Source: an uncultured Alphaproteobacteria bacterium
GTDB lineage: Bacteria; Pseudomonadota; Alphaproteobacteria; HIMB59; GCA-002718135
Length of the DNA: 64,000 bases
Assembly: GCA_902539825.1 (NCBI GenBank)
Contig: CACBMH010000002.1
Span: 8,423-72,422 of the forward strand
Direction: 5' to 3'
Below, piece by piece: positions 28,513 through 42,603 of this stretch. The notes under the pieces are model-generated. The model made no database searches, was not told the DNA's origin, and was given only the letters and a program-made list of their open reading frames with translations. A program made the translations under genes and the position numbers. Each line of letters opens with the position of its first letter. Positions within the stretch are counted from its first letter, which is position 1.

Positions 28513-30278
28513 ATGAATAATGAAATAACAGGTGCTGAAATTGTCTTAAAAAGCTTAGCTGAACAAGGAGTAGAAGTTGTATTTGGATATCCTGGTGGTG
28601 CAGTATTACCCATATACGATACTTTATTTAAACAGAATTCAATTAAGCACGTATTAGTTAGACAAGAGGGTGGCGCTATACATGCAGCTGAAGGTTATGC
28701 TAGGTCCACTGGTAAAACTGGAGTAGTTCTTGTAACATCAGGACCTGGTGCAACAAATGTTGTAACTGGTTTAACTGATGCTATGATGGATAGCGTACCT
28801 ATCGTATGCATAACTGGACAAGTACCACAGCACTTAATTGGTAGCGATGCTTTTCAAGAATGTGATACAACAGGTATAACGAGACCTTGCACAAAACATA
28901 ATTATTTAGTTAAAGATGTTAATAAGTTGTCTTCTGTATTTCATGAAGCATTTACTATCGCTCAAAATGGAAGACCAGGACCTGTATTAATTGATATACC
29001 TAAAGATGTTCAATTTGCTTCAGGAAATTATGAAGAAAAAAATAAAATTATTATTCCTTCTCATAGATTATTTGAACCAAGTCCTGATTTTGAAAAAAAT
29101 AAAATTGAAGAAGCGGTAGAATTAATTTCTAAAGCTAAAAAACCAATTTTTTATATTGGTGGTGGATGTATTAATTCTGGTCCAAAAGCTTCAAAATTAG
29201 TTAGAGAATTTATAAATATTGTTGGATCACCAGTAACAATGACATTAATGGGTCTAGGCGTTGTAGGTTCATCAGATAAAAACTCACTTGGCATGCTTGG
29301 AATGCACGGAATGTATGAAGCCAATATGGCAATGCATGAATGTGATGTTATGATTAATATTGGTGCAAGATTCGATGATCGAGTTACTGGAAGACTTGAT
29401 GCATTCTCTCCAAATTCAAAAAAAATCCATATTGATATTGATGAAAGTAATATTAATAAAACTATAAATGTCGATGTTCCAGTAATTGGCGATGTTAAGC
29501 AAGTTGTTGAAAAAATGATTTCAATCTGGAAAGAAAAAAAATATAAAATAGATACTGAGTCATTAAAATTATGGTGGGATAAAATAAATAAATGGAAAGA
29601 AGTAGATTGTTTAAACTACAATAATGAAGGTAAACAGATTAAACCTCAGTATGCAGTTCAAAGGTTATATGAATTAACAAAAAATACGAAAACATTTATT
29701 ACAACTGAAGTAGGTCAGCACCAAATGTGGGCTGCTCAATTTTATAAATTTGAGGAACCAAACAGATGGCTGACATCAGGTGGTTTAGGAACTATGGGAT
29801 ATGGATTTCCTGCTGCAATTGGAGCTCAAGTTGGGCACCCAGATGCTTTGGTAGTCGATATAGCAGGAGATGCATCTATACTCATGAACATTCAAGAAAT
29901 GAGCACAGCTGTGCAATATAGATTGCCTGTTAAAATATTCATTTTAAACAATGAATACATGGGAATGGTTAGGCAATGGCAAGAACTTTTACATGGGGGA
30001 AGATATTCCGAAAGTTATACTGATAGTTTACCTGATTTTGTAAAGTTAGCTGAGAGTTATAAAGCTGTTGGATTAAGAGCAAAGACAACCGATGAACTTG
30101 ACGATGTTATAACTCAAATGATTGAGACAAAAAATACAGTTATTGCTGATATTTGGGTTACTAAAGAAGAGAATTGTTTTCCAATGATACAAAGTGGATC
30201 TGCCCACAACGAAATGATGTTAAGTAAAGATCAAAAACAAGATAAAAAATCAGCAGAAAAAGGAAAAATTTTAGTTTA

Positions 30279-30279
<1 letters not shown>
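28513..30279 (+). CDS. ilvB: acetolactate synthase large subunit
   Basis: ThDP enzyme with GYPGG, GPGATN, GGLGTMGYGFPAAIGA motifs. Confidence 0.9.
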
Positions 30280-31840
<1,561 letters not shown>

Positions 31841-31882
31841 ATGAAAGTTTAATAAAATATTGATTAGTGTATAATTAAACAA

Positions 31883-33440
31883 ATGACTGAAAAAATTTAT
31901 ATTTTTGATACAACTCTTCGTGATGGAGAGCAGTCTCCAGGCGCATCAATGAATTTAGATGAAAAACTTCAAATTGCTGAAGTTCTTGATTCAATGAAAG
32001 TTGATATTATTGAAGCAGGTTTTCCGATCGCTTCTAATGGAGATTTTGAAGCAGTTTCTGAAGTTAGCAAGCAGGTTAAAAATTCAACCATTGCTGGTTT
32101 AGCAAGAGCAAGTTTTAAAGATATCGATCGTGCTTGGGAAGCAGTACAACATGCTAAGTCTCCAAGAATTCATACTTTTATTGCAACAAGTCCTCTACAT
32201 ATGAAATATAAATTAAAGAAAACTGAAGAAGAGGTTTTAGAAGCTATTCAAAAGACTGTATCTCACGCAAGAAATCTTTGTGATAATATTGAATGGAGTT
32301 GTGAAGATGGTGGAAGATCAGAGTTAAAATTTCTATATAAATGTATTGAGCTTGCTATTAATTCAGGTGCTTCAACCATTAATATCCCTGATACTGTTGG
32401 TTATACATTACCAGAAGAGTTTGGTAAAATTTTTAAAAATGTAAAAAATAATGTTCCAAACATTGATAAAGCAATTCTTTCAACACATACACATAATGAT
32501 TTAGGTTTAGCGACAGCAAATAATGTTGCTGCTATTAAAGAAGGTGCAAGACAAGTTGAGTGTACTATAAACGGTATGGGTGAAAGAGCTGGAAATTCAT
32601 CATTAGAAGAAATTGTTATGACTTTAAAAGTAAAAAAAGATCTTATGCCTTATCATACAGATATTAAAACAGAGTCCATTATGAAAGCTTCTAGATTGGT
32701 GTCATCAATAACAGGTTTTCCAGTACAGCCAAATAAAGCTATAGTTGGAGCTAATGCTTTTGCTCATGAAGCTGGAATACATCAAGATGGTATGCTTAAA
32801 CACGCTGGTACTTATGAAATTATGACTCCTGAGTCAATTGGACTTAACAAATCTTCACTAGTTCTTGGCAAACATTCAGGCAAACATGCTTTTTCAGAAA
32901 AATTAAAAGAACTTGGTTATGAAGTTGGTGATAATGCTTTGATGGAACTGTTTGGAAGATTTAAAGATTTAGCTGATAAGAAAAAAGAAATTTTTGAAGA
33001 AGATATAATAGCATTAGCAGAAGATAGAACTTCGTCATATGATGAACACATTAAATTTGTATCATTGGAAGTAAATGCTGGATCTGTTGAAAAAGCTGAA
33101 GCTAAATTAAAGATAGAAATTAACGAAAAAGTGGAAAATACAAAAATTAACGGTAATGGTCCCGTTGATGCAACATTCAACGCTATAAAAAAAACTTACA
33201 AATACTGAATTTAAACTTAAACTTTACCAAGTTAATGCAATTACAGCAGGTACTGATGCACAAGGAGAGGTAACTGTCAGACTTGAAGATGATAATTTAT
33301 CATCACAAGCAAAAGGAAGTGATCCCGATATTATTGTAGCTTCTGCAAAAGCTTATATAAATGCCTTAAACAGATTGATCTTTAAAAAAACTAAATCTAT
33401 TAAAGAGAATACAGCAAGTTTAAAAATAGAAGGAGTTTAA
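31883..33440 (+). pseudogene. leuA: 2-isopropylmalate synthase, interrupted by a +1 frameshift in an A8 run (33187-33194); the C-terminal regulatory domain continues in the next frame to the stop at 33438-33440
   Basis: N-part DTTLRDGEQ, HTHNDLG; after the shift the frame from 33195 reads LTNTEFKLKLYQVNAITAGTDAQGEVTVRL...DIIVASAKAYINALN (LeuA dimerisation/regulatory domain). Confidence 0.85.
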
Positions 33441-34484
<1,044 letters not shown>

Positions 34485-34492
34485 AAATTGAA

Positions 34493-35314
34493 ATGGCACC
34501 TAAGTTCCAAATAAAAGTTTTTCAAATTTCAACTTTTATAAAAAATTTGACAATAATTTCCATTGTTACAATTTCTTTCCTTTTAGTCTTTTTTTCAAAA
34601 TCTGATTTGTATGTTATTAATGGGATCAAAAGTATATCTACATCAGTAATTATTCCAATTACAAGAGTAATTTCAGCACCAGTAAATGCTGTTTCAAATT
34701 TAGTTGATGAATACAATCAGTTTAGAAGTTTAAAATTTGAAAACAAACTTCTTCAAGAAGAAATAATACGTTTAAAAAAATGGCAAACATTAGCAATACA
34801 AAATTCAAGAGAGAATAAAGTCTTAAAAAAATTATTAAATGCAACTGATAATAACTTAAGTTTAGTAAAAACAGCATCTCTAATTAATAGAAATGATACA
34901 ATTTATAGTAAATTAATAAATTTAAATGCAGGTTACGAAGATAAAATTGAAAAAAATATGTCAGCTATAAATGAGCGCGGATTATTAGGTAAGGTAATTG
35001 ATACGACTTCAAATAATTCTAGAGTAATTCTTCTAACTGATCCTAATTTGTCTATTTCAGTAAAAACGATATCAGACGGTATTTTTTCTTTACTTTCTGG
35101 CAATGGAGATGGAAAATATTTAGTAAGTTCATTTATTAAAGAAAATAAAATGCCAAGATTAGGAGATATTGTAGTTACAAGTGGTACTGCGCAAATCTTT
35201 CCAGTAGATCTATTAGTTGGAAAAGTAGCTAAAGTTGAAAAAAATAGATTTTTTGTTTTACCATTTGTTGATTTTGAAAATATTGATTATGTACAAATCG
35301 TTACTTCAAAATAA
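34493..35314 (+). CDS. mreC: rod-shape determining protein MreC
   Basis: N-terminal TM, coiled coil and beta domain; follows mreB. Confidence 0.8.
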   Translation: MAPKFQIKVFQISTFIKNLTIISIVTISFLLVFFSKSDLYVINGIKSISTSVIIPITRVISAPVNAVSNLVDEYNQFRSLKFENKLLQEEIIRLKKWQTLAIQNSRENKVLKKLLNATDNNLSLVKTASLINRNDTIYSKLINLNAGYEDKIEKNMSAINERGLLGKVIDTTSNNSRVILLTDPNLSISVKTISDGIFSLLSGNGDGKYLVSSFIKENKMPRLGDIVVTSGTAQIFPVDLLVGKVAKVEKNRFFVLPFVDFENIDYVQIVTSK

Positions 35315-35799
35315 TGGAGTTTTCCAAATTTTTTAATTCCACTATTAAATTAAATATTATTTTAATAATAAGTTTTTCAATTTCTGTAAATTCTTTTATT
35401 TTACTGTCTAATGTCAATAACGCATTCTATGTATTATTTCATTTGACTTTTATTTATTTAATTTTTTACCATTATCATTATTATTTATATTTAGTTGCCC
35501 TGGTATATGGAATTCTATTTGATATATTACTATTAAATAATATTGGAGCTCATTTAATTACCTTTTTATCTCTTTTAATCTTATTTATATTGATTAGAAA
35601 ATATTTAATTAGATTATCTTCGTATCAAATAATTTTTATTTATTTTATCACTCTAATTATTTTGTTTCTAATTGAGCAATTTTTAGCAAATCTAATACAC
35701 AATTATAAATTTAATATGAGTTCAATTTTCAATTTTTTTTTAATTTCTTTAATTATATTTATTCCTACTATATTTTTGTTTACTAAATTAGATAAGTGA
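35314..35799 (+). CDS. mreD: rod-shape determining protein MreD
   Basis: small polytopic membrane protein after mreC. Confidence 0.7.
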   Translation: MEFSKFFNSTIKLNIILIISFSISVNSFILLSNVNNAFYVLFHLTFIYLIFYHYHYYLYLVALVYGILFDILLLNNIGAHLITFLSLLILFILIRKYLIRLSSYQIIFIYFITLIILFLIEQFLANLIHNYKFNMSSIFNFFLISLIIFIPTIFLFTKLDK

Positions 35800-35800
35800 A

Positions 35801-37603
35801 ATGTTTTACTCAGAAGATAAAAAACAATATTCAGTCCTAAATAGAAGAACTTTTTTATTATATTTATTAAAAGTATCTTTTTTTGGTATTGTAGGCTGGA
35901 GATTATATGATATTCAAATAAGGGATTCACAAAAATACAAAACTCTTTCAAAAAATAATCAAATAGATGTTGAGATTATATACCCTATTAGGGGTAAGAT
36001 TTATGATATTAATAACAAGGTTTTAGCATCTAATATAAAAGTATTTGATGTATACTTAATTCCTGAAAATACAAAAAATATAAATAAATCTTTAAATGAA
36101 TTAAATCAAATTATAAAAATTAATTTTAGTGATAGAAGGAAAATACTAGATTTATCTAAAAAAGTTAAAAAATTTCAAAAAATAAAAGTTTTAGAAAATA
36201 TTAATTGGTCACAACTTGAAAAAATAGAATCAAACAAACTTAATATTGAGGGTATATTTATTTCTCAAGATTATATGCGAACTTATCAGTTTGATAATAC
36301 TGTTTCACATTTGATAGGTTATACAAATAAACCCAATAGAGAAGAAGTTGAATTACCTTTTATTTCAAATATGCCCAATCTAGAGATAGGAAAAGATGGT
36401 ATTGAAAAAAGTTTTAACCCTAATTTAATTGGTAAATCAGGACAAAGAGAAATTGAAGTTAATTCTTATGGAAGAGTAATTCGTGAAATATCAAGGCAAG
36501 ATAGTCAAAAAGGAAATGATATTCAGATAACTATCGATCTGAGAATTCAACAATATGCTTTAAATTTATTAAAAGAACACAAAGCAGGATCTGCAATACT
36601 TATGGATATAAACAATGGCAACTTATTATGTATGGCCTCAACTCCATCTTATAATCCAAATAAAATTATACAAAAACCAAATAAGGAATATTGGGATTCA
36701 ATTTTAGAAAACGAACTTTCGCCACTTACTTACAGATGTATTCAAGGTTTATATGCTCCAGGCTCAACTTTTAAAATGGTTGTTGCTATAGCGGGGTTAG
36801 TACATGGAATTATTGATACAAATACCAAACATTTTTGTAGTGGAAAAATTGGTTTAGGTGATAGACTTTATCATTGTTGGAAAAACAATGGTCATGGCTC
36901 GATGAATGTTAGCGATGCAATCAAAGAATCATGTGATGTTTTCTTTTATGAAATTTCAAAAAAAATTGGGATAGATAAAATTGCTAAAGTTGCAGAAGAT
37001 TTTGGTTTAGGAAAAATATATGACGTACCTTTATCTAATCAAAAAAAAGGTATCATCCCTTCACGTGATTGGAAAAAGAAAAAATACGATGAAAGCTGGT
37101 ATCCTGGAGAGACTCTAATCTCAGCTATTGGTCAAGGCTTCGTATTAACAAATCCTCTACAACTTGCAGTAATGACTTCAATTATTGCTTCTAATGGAAA
37201 AAATGTAAAACCAAATATTATCAAGCAAAATAATGACGCTGAATTTGAAAAATTAGAAAAATACCAAAATGCAATCAAAATTATTAAAAGTTCGATGTTT
37301 AAAGTAGTAAATGAGAGTAAAGGTACTGCTTATAATTCGAGATCTGAGTCTGCGCCTTTTGCAGGTAAGACAGGAACTTCCCAAGTTAGAAGAATAACAG
37401 TAGCCGAAAGAGAAAGTGAAGATTTTAGGAAAAAAGAAGTAGAATGGAAAAAAAGGGATCATGCTTTATTTGTTGGATATATGCCAGTTGAAAATCCGAG
37501 ATATGCTATTTCGGTTGTTATTGAACATGGGGGTTCAGGTGCATCAACTGCAGCACCTATAGCAAAAGAAATTTTTCAATTTACAAAAAAATTAGAAACT
37601 TAA
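35801..37603 (+). CDS. mrdA: penicillin-binding protein 2 (elongasome transpeptidase)
   Basis: STFK, SCD (SxD variant of the SxN box) and KTGTS transpeptidase boxes. Confidence 0.9.
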   Translation: MFYSEDKKQYSVLNRRTFLLYLLKVSFFGIVGWRLYDIQIRDSQKYKTLSKNNQIDVEIIYPIRGKIYDINNKVLASNIKVFDVYLIPENTKNINKSLNELNQIIKINFSDRRKILDLSKKVKKFQKIKVLENINWSQLEKIESNKLNIEGIFISQDYMRTYQFDNTVSHLIGYTNKPNREEVELPFISNMPNLEIGKDGIEKSFNPNLIGKSGQREIEVNSYGRVIREISRQDSQKGNDIQITIDLRIQQYALNLLKEHKAGSAILMDINNGNLLCMASTPSYNPNKIIQKPNKEYWDSILENELSPLTYRCIQGLYAPGSTFKMVVAIAGLVHGIIDTNTKHFCSGKIGLGDRLYHCWKNNGHGSMNVSDAIKESCDVFFYEISKKIGIDKIAKVAEDFGLGKIYDVPLSNQKKGIIPSRDWKKKKYDESWYPGETLISAIGQGFVLTNPLQLAVMTSIIASNGKNVKPNIIKQNNDAEFEKLEKYQNAIKIIKSSMFKVVNESKGTAYNSRSESAPFAGKTGTSQVRRITVAERESEDFRKKEVEWKKRDHALFVGYMPVENPRYAISVVIEHGGSGASTAAPIAKEIFQFTKKLET

Positions 37604-38700
37604 TGTTAAATAAAATTCAAAACTTAAATTATTTATTGATTTTTTTAATAATATTAATTTCATTTATAGGAGCAGCAGGCTTATATTCTGCAGCAGGAGG
37701 ATCATATAGTCCTTGGGCATCAAGACATTTAATAAGATTACTAGTTTTTATTTTTTTAGCAATTGTCTTAGCTTTAATAAATATAAAATTTATTTATCAA
37801 TTTGCTTATGTCTTTTTTATTTTATCATTATTACTCTTGCTTTCAGTGGAATTAATTGGTGTTTTTGGTAAAGGTGCAACTAGATGGATAAACCTATTTG
37901 GTTTTAGTATCCAACCGTCAGAATTAATAAAAATAACTATAATACTAGCGCTAGCAAGATTTTATCATGATTTAAAATTTGATGAAATTAAGCGAATAAA
38001 AAATTTATTTTTTCCAATATTAATTTTATTTTTACCGTTTACTTTAGTCGTTATACAACCAGATCTTGGAACTGCTTTAAGTATAACAATGCTTGGAGTT
38101 CTCATTCTATTTGCAAGTGGAATAAGAATTTGGAAGTTTGTATTAGGTTTTTTTGTTCTAATTTTATCAATTCCTTTGTTATTAAATTACTTACAACCAT
38201 ATCAAAAAGATAGAATTTTTTCTTTTTTAAATCCTGAGGCAGATGCTCTTGGAAGAGGATATCAACTAATACAATCTAAAATTGCTTTAGGTTCTGGCGG
38301 TCTAACTGGCAAAGGTTTTTTAGAGGGATCTCAAGCTTATCTCCAGTATTTACCTGAAAAACAAACTGATTTTATATTTACGTTAATTGGAGAAGAATTT
38401 GGTTTTATTGGTACTATGTTTATAATTTTACTTTTTCTTTTATTAATTTCAGTGTGTTTTTATGTAAGCATTAAATCAAATCATATCTTTGGTAGGATTC
38501 TTTCTATCGGAGTTGGCAGCAATTTATTTATTTATGTGATGATGAACATATCTATGGTATCTGGATTAATGCCTGTTGTTGGAATTCCATTACCTTTAGT
38601 TTCTTATGGGGGATCAGCAATGCTTGCTATAATTATATCTCTAGGATTAGTTCTTAATGCAGAATTGAATGGAAATTTAAAGAAATTACATAATGCTTGA
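37603..38700 (+). CDS. rodA: SEDS-family peptidoglycan polymerase RodA
   Basis: SEDS motifs (QPSELIK, PLVSYGGSA), follows mrdA. Confidence 0.9.
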   Translation: MLNKIQNLNYLLIFLIILISFIGAAGLYSAAGGSYSPWASRHLIRLLVFIFLAIVLALINIKFIYQFAYVFFILSLLLLLSVELIGVFGKGATRWINLFGFSIQPSELIKITIILALARFYHDLKFDEIKRIKNLFFPILILFLPFTLVVIQPDLGTALSITMLGVLILFASGIRIWKFVLGFFVLILSIPLLLNYLQPYQKDRIFSFLNPEADALGRGYQLIQSKIALGSGGLTGKGFLEGSQAYLQYLPEKQTDFIFTLIGEEFGFIGTMFIILLFLLLISVCFYVSIKSNHIFGRILSIGVGSNLFIYVMMNISMVSGLMPVVGIPLPLVSYGGSAMLAIIISLGLVLNAELNGNLKKLHNA

Positions 38701-39460
38701 AATAAATAAGGTTAATAAATATTTTGGAGGATTAAAAGCAGTTCATAACGCATCAATGAAAGTTGAAATGGGTTCAATTACAGGTTTAATAGGCCCAAAT
38801 GGCGCAGGAAAAACAACATTATTTAATACTATTGCAGGATTATATGATCCAGATGAGGGAAACATAATTCTTAATAATGAAGATATTTCTTTTTTAAAAC
38901 CTCACGAGTTATTTGCTAAAGGAGTTCTAAGAACTTTTCAAATTGCCCATGAATTTTCAACTTTAACTGTTCTCGAAAATTTAATGATGGTACCACCAAA
39001 TCAATTTGGTGAAAAATTATCATATGCTTTATTAAGTAATGCTAAAGTAAAACAACAAGAAGAAGAAATAAGACAAAAAGCTATCGACGTAATAAATTTT
39101 TTAAATTTAAATCATTTAACGCAAGAACTTGCAGGCAACTTATCTGGTGGTCAAAAAAAACTACTTGAGTTAGGGAGAACAATGATGGTTGATCCTAAAA
39201 TCGTTTTACTTGATGAAGTAGGAGCTGGAGTAAATAGAACACTTCTTAATGAAATTACAGATGCAATATTAAGATTAAATAAAGAAAAGAATTATACTTT
39301 TTTTGTAATTGAACATGATATGGATCTCATAGAAAAAATCTGTGATCCTGTTATTGTGATGGCAGAAGGTTCAGTTTTATTTAAAGGAAAATTTAATGAA
39401 GTCAAAAATAACGAAACAGTTATAGAGGCTTATTTAGGAAAAGGTATTAATAAGAATTAG
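38693..39460 (+). CDS. livG: branched-chain amino acid ABC transporter ATP-binding protein (LivG-like)
   Basis: GPNGAGKTT, LSGGQKKLLELGR, LLDEVGAG. Confidence 0.8.
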   Translation: MLEINKVNKYFGGLKAVHNASMKVEMGSITGLIGPNGAGKTTLFNTIAGLYDPDEGNIILNNEDISFLKPHELFAKGVLRTFQIAHEFSTLTVLENLMMVPPNQFGEKLSYALLSNAKVKQQEEEIRQKAIDVINFLNLNHLTQELAGNLSGGQKKLLELGRTMMVDPKIVLLDEVGAGVNRTLLNEITDAILRLNKEKNYTFFVIEHDMDLIEKICDPVIVMAEGSVLFKGKFNEVKNNETVIEAYLGKGINKN

Positions 39461-39466
39461 AATTTT

Positions 39467-40171
39467 ATGACTAATTTAATTGGTAAAAATTTAACAGCTG
39501 GATATGGAGGTGTCGATATTATTAAAGACATTAATTTAGAAATAAACGAAGGTGAAATTGTTGTCATCGTTGGTCCAAATGGAGCAGGGAAATCAACAGC
39601 AATGAAAGCATTACTTGGCATGTTAAGTTTAACATCAGGTTCTGTTGAATATTCAAATGAGGAAATTTCTTCAATGCTACCTCAAAACAGAATTAATTTA
39701 GGATTGGCATTTGTTCCTCAAACAAACAATGTGTTTACTGGTATGACAGTAGAAGAAAACTTAGAAATGGGAGGTTTTTTGAGAGATGATGACATTATTC
39801 ATACAATTAATGATGTTTATGATCTTTTTCCTATTTTAAAAGAAAAAAGAAATCAAAGTGCAGGAGAATTATCAGGAGGTCAAAGACAACAAGTAGCTTT
39901 TGGGAGAGCTCTTATGACTCAACCTAAAATTTTGATGTTAGATGAACCAACTGCAGGAGTATCACCAATTGTAATGGATGAGTTATTTTCAAGAATTATA
40001 CAAGTTCGTAAAACTGGTGTTGGCATACTAATGGTTGAACAAAATGCAAAACAAGCACTTGGTATTGCTGATAGAGGGTATGTATTAGTAAATGGAAAAA
40101 ATAGCAGAGAAGGTACAGGTGAAGAACTATTAAATAATCCAGAAGTTAGAAAGTCTTTTTTAGGAGGTTAA
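39467..40171 (+). CDS. livF: branched-chain amino acid ABC transporter ATP-binding protein (LivF-like)
   Basis: GPNGAGKST, LSGGQRQQVAFGRAL, MLDEPTAG. Confidence 0.8.
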   Translation: MTNLIGKNLTAGYGGVDIIKDINLEINEGEIVVIVGPNGAGKSTAMKALLGMLSLTSGSVEYSNEEISSMLPQNRINLGLAFVPQTNNVFTGMTVEENLEMGGFLRDDDIIHTINDVYDLFPILKEKRNQSAGELSGGQRQQVAFGRALMTQPKILMLDEPTAGVSPIVMDELFSRIIQVRKTGVGILMVEQNAKQALGIADRGYVLVNGKNSREGTGEELLNNPEVRKSFLGG

Positions 40172-40172
40172 A

Positions 40173-41186
40173 ATGATTGATTTTCTAAATTCTATAATCG
40201 TACTTCTAAATTTTATTATCATTCCTGGTATTTCTTATGGCTCTCAACTTGCCCTTGGTGCGCTTGGAGTTACATTTGTTTACGCTATACTTCGTTTTGC
40301 CAATTTTGCACATGGAGAAATCATGTCATTTGGAGCGATGATAACAATTTTATTTACGTGGTTTTTTCAATCACAAAATATTGGTTTAGGAATTTTCCCT
40401 ACTGCTCTGTTGGCGTTACCTATAGGAATAATAGTGACAATTATCTTATGCATTATTTCTGATAAATTTGTTTTTCAATATTACAGATATCAAAAAAGTG
40501 TTCCTGTTGTTTTAGCAATGGTTTCAATAGGGGTTATGTTCGTAATTAATGCAATAATAAGAATCATAATTGGAACAGAAACTATAAAATTTTCCGATGG
40601 ACAGAAATTTATAATGAAAGCCAAACAGTTTAAAGTAATGACAGGTTTAAATGAAGGATTAGCATTAAAATCTTCTCAAGTTATTACAATATTAATTACT
40701 GTATTACTTTTAACTTTTACTTTCTGGTTTTTGCAAAAAACAAAAACTGGAAAATCAATGAGAGCATTTTCTGATAATGAAGATTTAGCATTATTGTCAG
40801 GTATTAATCCTGATAGAGTAGTATTCACTACTTGGATTATTGTAGGAGTCTTAGCTTGTGTTGCGGGAACACTTTATGGTTTAGATAAAAGTTATAAACC
40901 TATTATTTATCTCAATTTAGTCTTGCCAATATTTGCCTCAGCTATTGTTGGAGGCATTGGCAGTCCCTTTGGGGCTGTAGTAGGTGGATATGTTATAGCC
41001 TTTTCAGAAATCATGGTCACATATGCTTATAAAAAATTTTTTGTCTATTTGCTTCCAAGTTCTATGGAGCCAACTGGTCTAGTGCAATTACTTTCAACTG
41101 ATTATAAATTTGCTGTATCATTTTCAATTTTAGTCATCGTTTTACTAATAAGACCATCGGGAATATTTAAAGGAAGAGTTTTATGA
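40173..41186 (+). CDS. livH: branched-chain amino acid ABC transporter permease (LivH-like)
   Basis: polytopic HAAT-family permease next to livGF. Confidence 0.75.
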   Translation: MIDFLNSIIVLLNFIIIPGISYGSQLALGALGVTFVYAILRFANFAHGEIMSFGAMITILFTWFFQSQNIGLGIFPTALLALPIGIIVTIILCIISDKFVFQYYRYQKSVPVVLAMVSIGVMFVINAIIRIIIGTETIKFSDGQKFIMKAKQFKVMTGLNEGLALKSSQVITILITVLLLTFTFWFLQKTKTGKSMRAFSDNEDLALLSGINPDRVVFTTWIIVGVLACVAGTLYGLDKSYKPIIYLNLVLPIFASAIVGGIGSPFGAVVGGYVIAFSEIMVTYAYKKFFVYLLPSSMEPTGLVQLLSTDYKFAVSFSILVIVLLIRPSGIFKGRVL

Positions 41187-42556
41187 TGAAGTTTGAAAGA
41201 TATGAATGGGTAGCCATTACAATCATGATCTCACTATTTATTTTTGTAGGTTTTATCCAAGGGTGGTCTGTAAGTTTAGTAATTTTAAATATGTGTATTA
41301 TTTCAGCAATAATGACAATGGGGGTCAATATTTCTTGGGGTTATGCAGGAGTAATTAATTTTGGTGTAATGGGTTTTCTTGCCATGGGTGGATTAGCGGC
41401 AGTCCTTGTATCTTACCCTCCCATTTCAGAGTCATGGCAGGCTGGAGGTAGAGGGCTAGGTATCAGTTTTGCTTTGTTAATCGTATTGGTAATTGCTGTA
41501 ATGTATATCAATAAAACGGTAATCCAAAAAAGAAATAGGTATATTTTAAATTCCCTCATAATTTTTTTTGGAATTTTAATTATCAGACACTTTTATTTAA
41601 ACGCTACACACAATATTGAAGATGTTAATCCAGCAATTGCAGGTTTTTTAGGCGGTCTTGGACTGCCAATAATTTTCTCTTGGATTGTAGGAGGTTTATT
41701 TGCTGCTGGCGTTGCATTTCTAATTGGTAAAGTAGCTCTTGGATTACGATCAGATTATCTTGCTATTGTTACTCTTGGTATTTCAGAAATAGTTGTTAGT
41801 GTTTTAAAACATGAAGAATGGCTATCTAGGGGAGTAAAAAATGTCATCGGTTTAAAGAGGCCAGTTCCTTATGAAATTGATTTACAAAATGCAGATTGGT
41901 TTATAAACTTGGTTACTTATCTAAACTCGTCAAAGTTAAATAATATTATTGATGTAACTGATAGACAACAAGTATTAAACAATCTTATTATTGATGGCTC
42001 AGGAATTTTTGTAAAACTATCTTACGCGATTTTATTTCTGATTGTTATGTTAATAATTTTTTATTTTGCCAACAAAGCTCAATTATCTCCTTGGGGAAGA
42101 ATGATGAGAGCTATCAGAGATAATGAAACAGCTGCAAATGCTATGGGGAAAGATGTTGTGAAACAACATTTAATTATTTTTGTAATAGGGGCTGCAATTG
42201 TAGGTGTTGCGGGTGCAATGCTTGTTACTCTAGATGGATTATTTACTCCTTCAGGATATCGACCACTTCGTTTCACTTTTATTATTTGGATTATGGTTAT
42301 TGTAGGCGGTAGTGGAAATAATTTAGGCGCTATATTTGGTGGTTTTGTTATATGGTTTTCTTGGATTGAGGCAGCACCACTTACAACATTTATTATTAAT
42401 CAACTTACAATAGGATTAGAGCCCACTAATGCTTTAAAATTACATTTACTTGATAGTGTTCCTTACTTTAGATACCTATTTATGGGTTTAATTTTATTAT
42501 TAATTTTACGATATAGGCCGAAGGGAATTATACCAGAGAAAGTTAGGCACTCATAA
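41183..42556 (+). CDS. livM: branched-chain amino acid ABC transporter permease (LivM-like, extended)
   Basis: polytopic HAAT-family permease with MRAIRDNETAANAMG motif. Confidence 0.75.
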   Translation: MMKFERYEWVAITIMISLFIFVGFIQGWSVSLVILNMCIISAIMTMGVNISWGYAGVINFGVMGFLAMGGLAAVLVSYPPISESWQAGGRGLGISFALLIVLVIAVMYINKTVIQKRNRYILNSLIIFFGILIIRHFYLNATHNIEDVNPAIAGFLGGLGLPIIFSWIVGGLFAAGVAFLIGKVALGLRSDYLAIVTLGISEIVVSVLKHEEWLSRGVKNVIGLKRPVPYEIDLQNADWFINLVTYLNSSKLNNIIDVTDRQQVLNNLIIDGSGIFVKLSYAILFLIVMLIIFYFANKAQLSPWGRMMRAIRDNETAANAMGKDVVKQHLIIFVIGAAIVGVAGAMLVTLDGLFTPSGYRPLRFTFIIWIMVIVGGSGNNLGAIFGGFVIWFSWIEAAPLTTFIINQLTIGLEPTNALKLHLLDSVPYFRYLFMGLILLLILRYRPKGIIPEKVRHS

Positions 42557-42582
42557 AAAAACCCCAGCTAAAAGCTGGGGTT
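42554..42582. terminator. hairpin terminator between convergent livM and binding-protein genes (T-run on the minus-strand side)
   Basis: A8-CCCCAGC-TAAAA-GCTGGGG-TT; read on the minus strand the stem is followed by T8. Confidence 0.7.
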
Positions 42583-42603
42583 AAATTAAATAATTTTTAA
42601 CTA

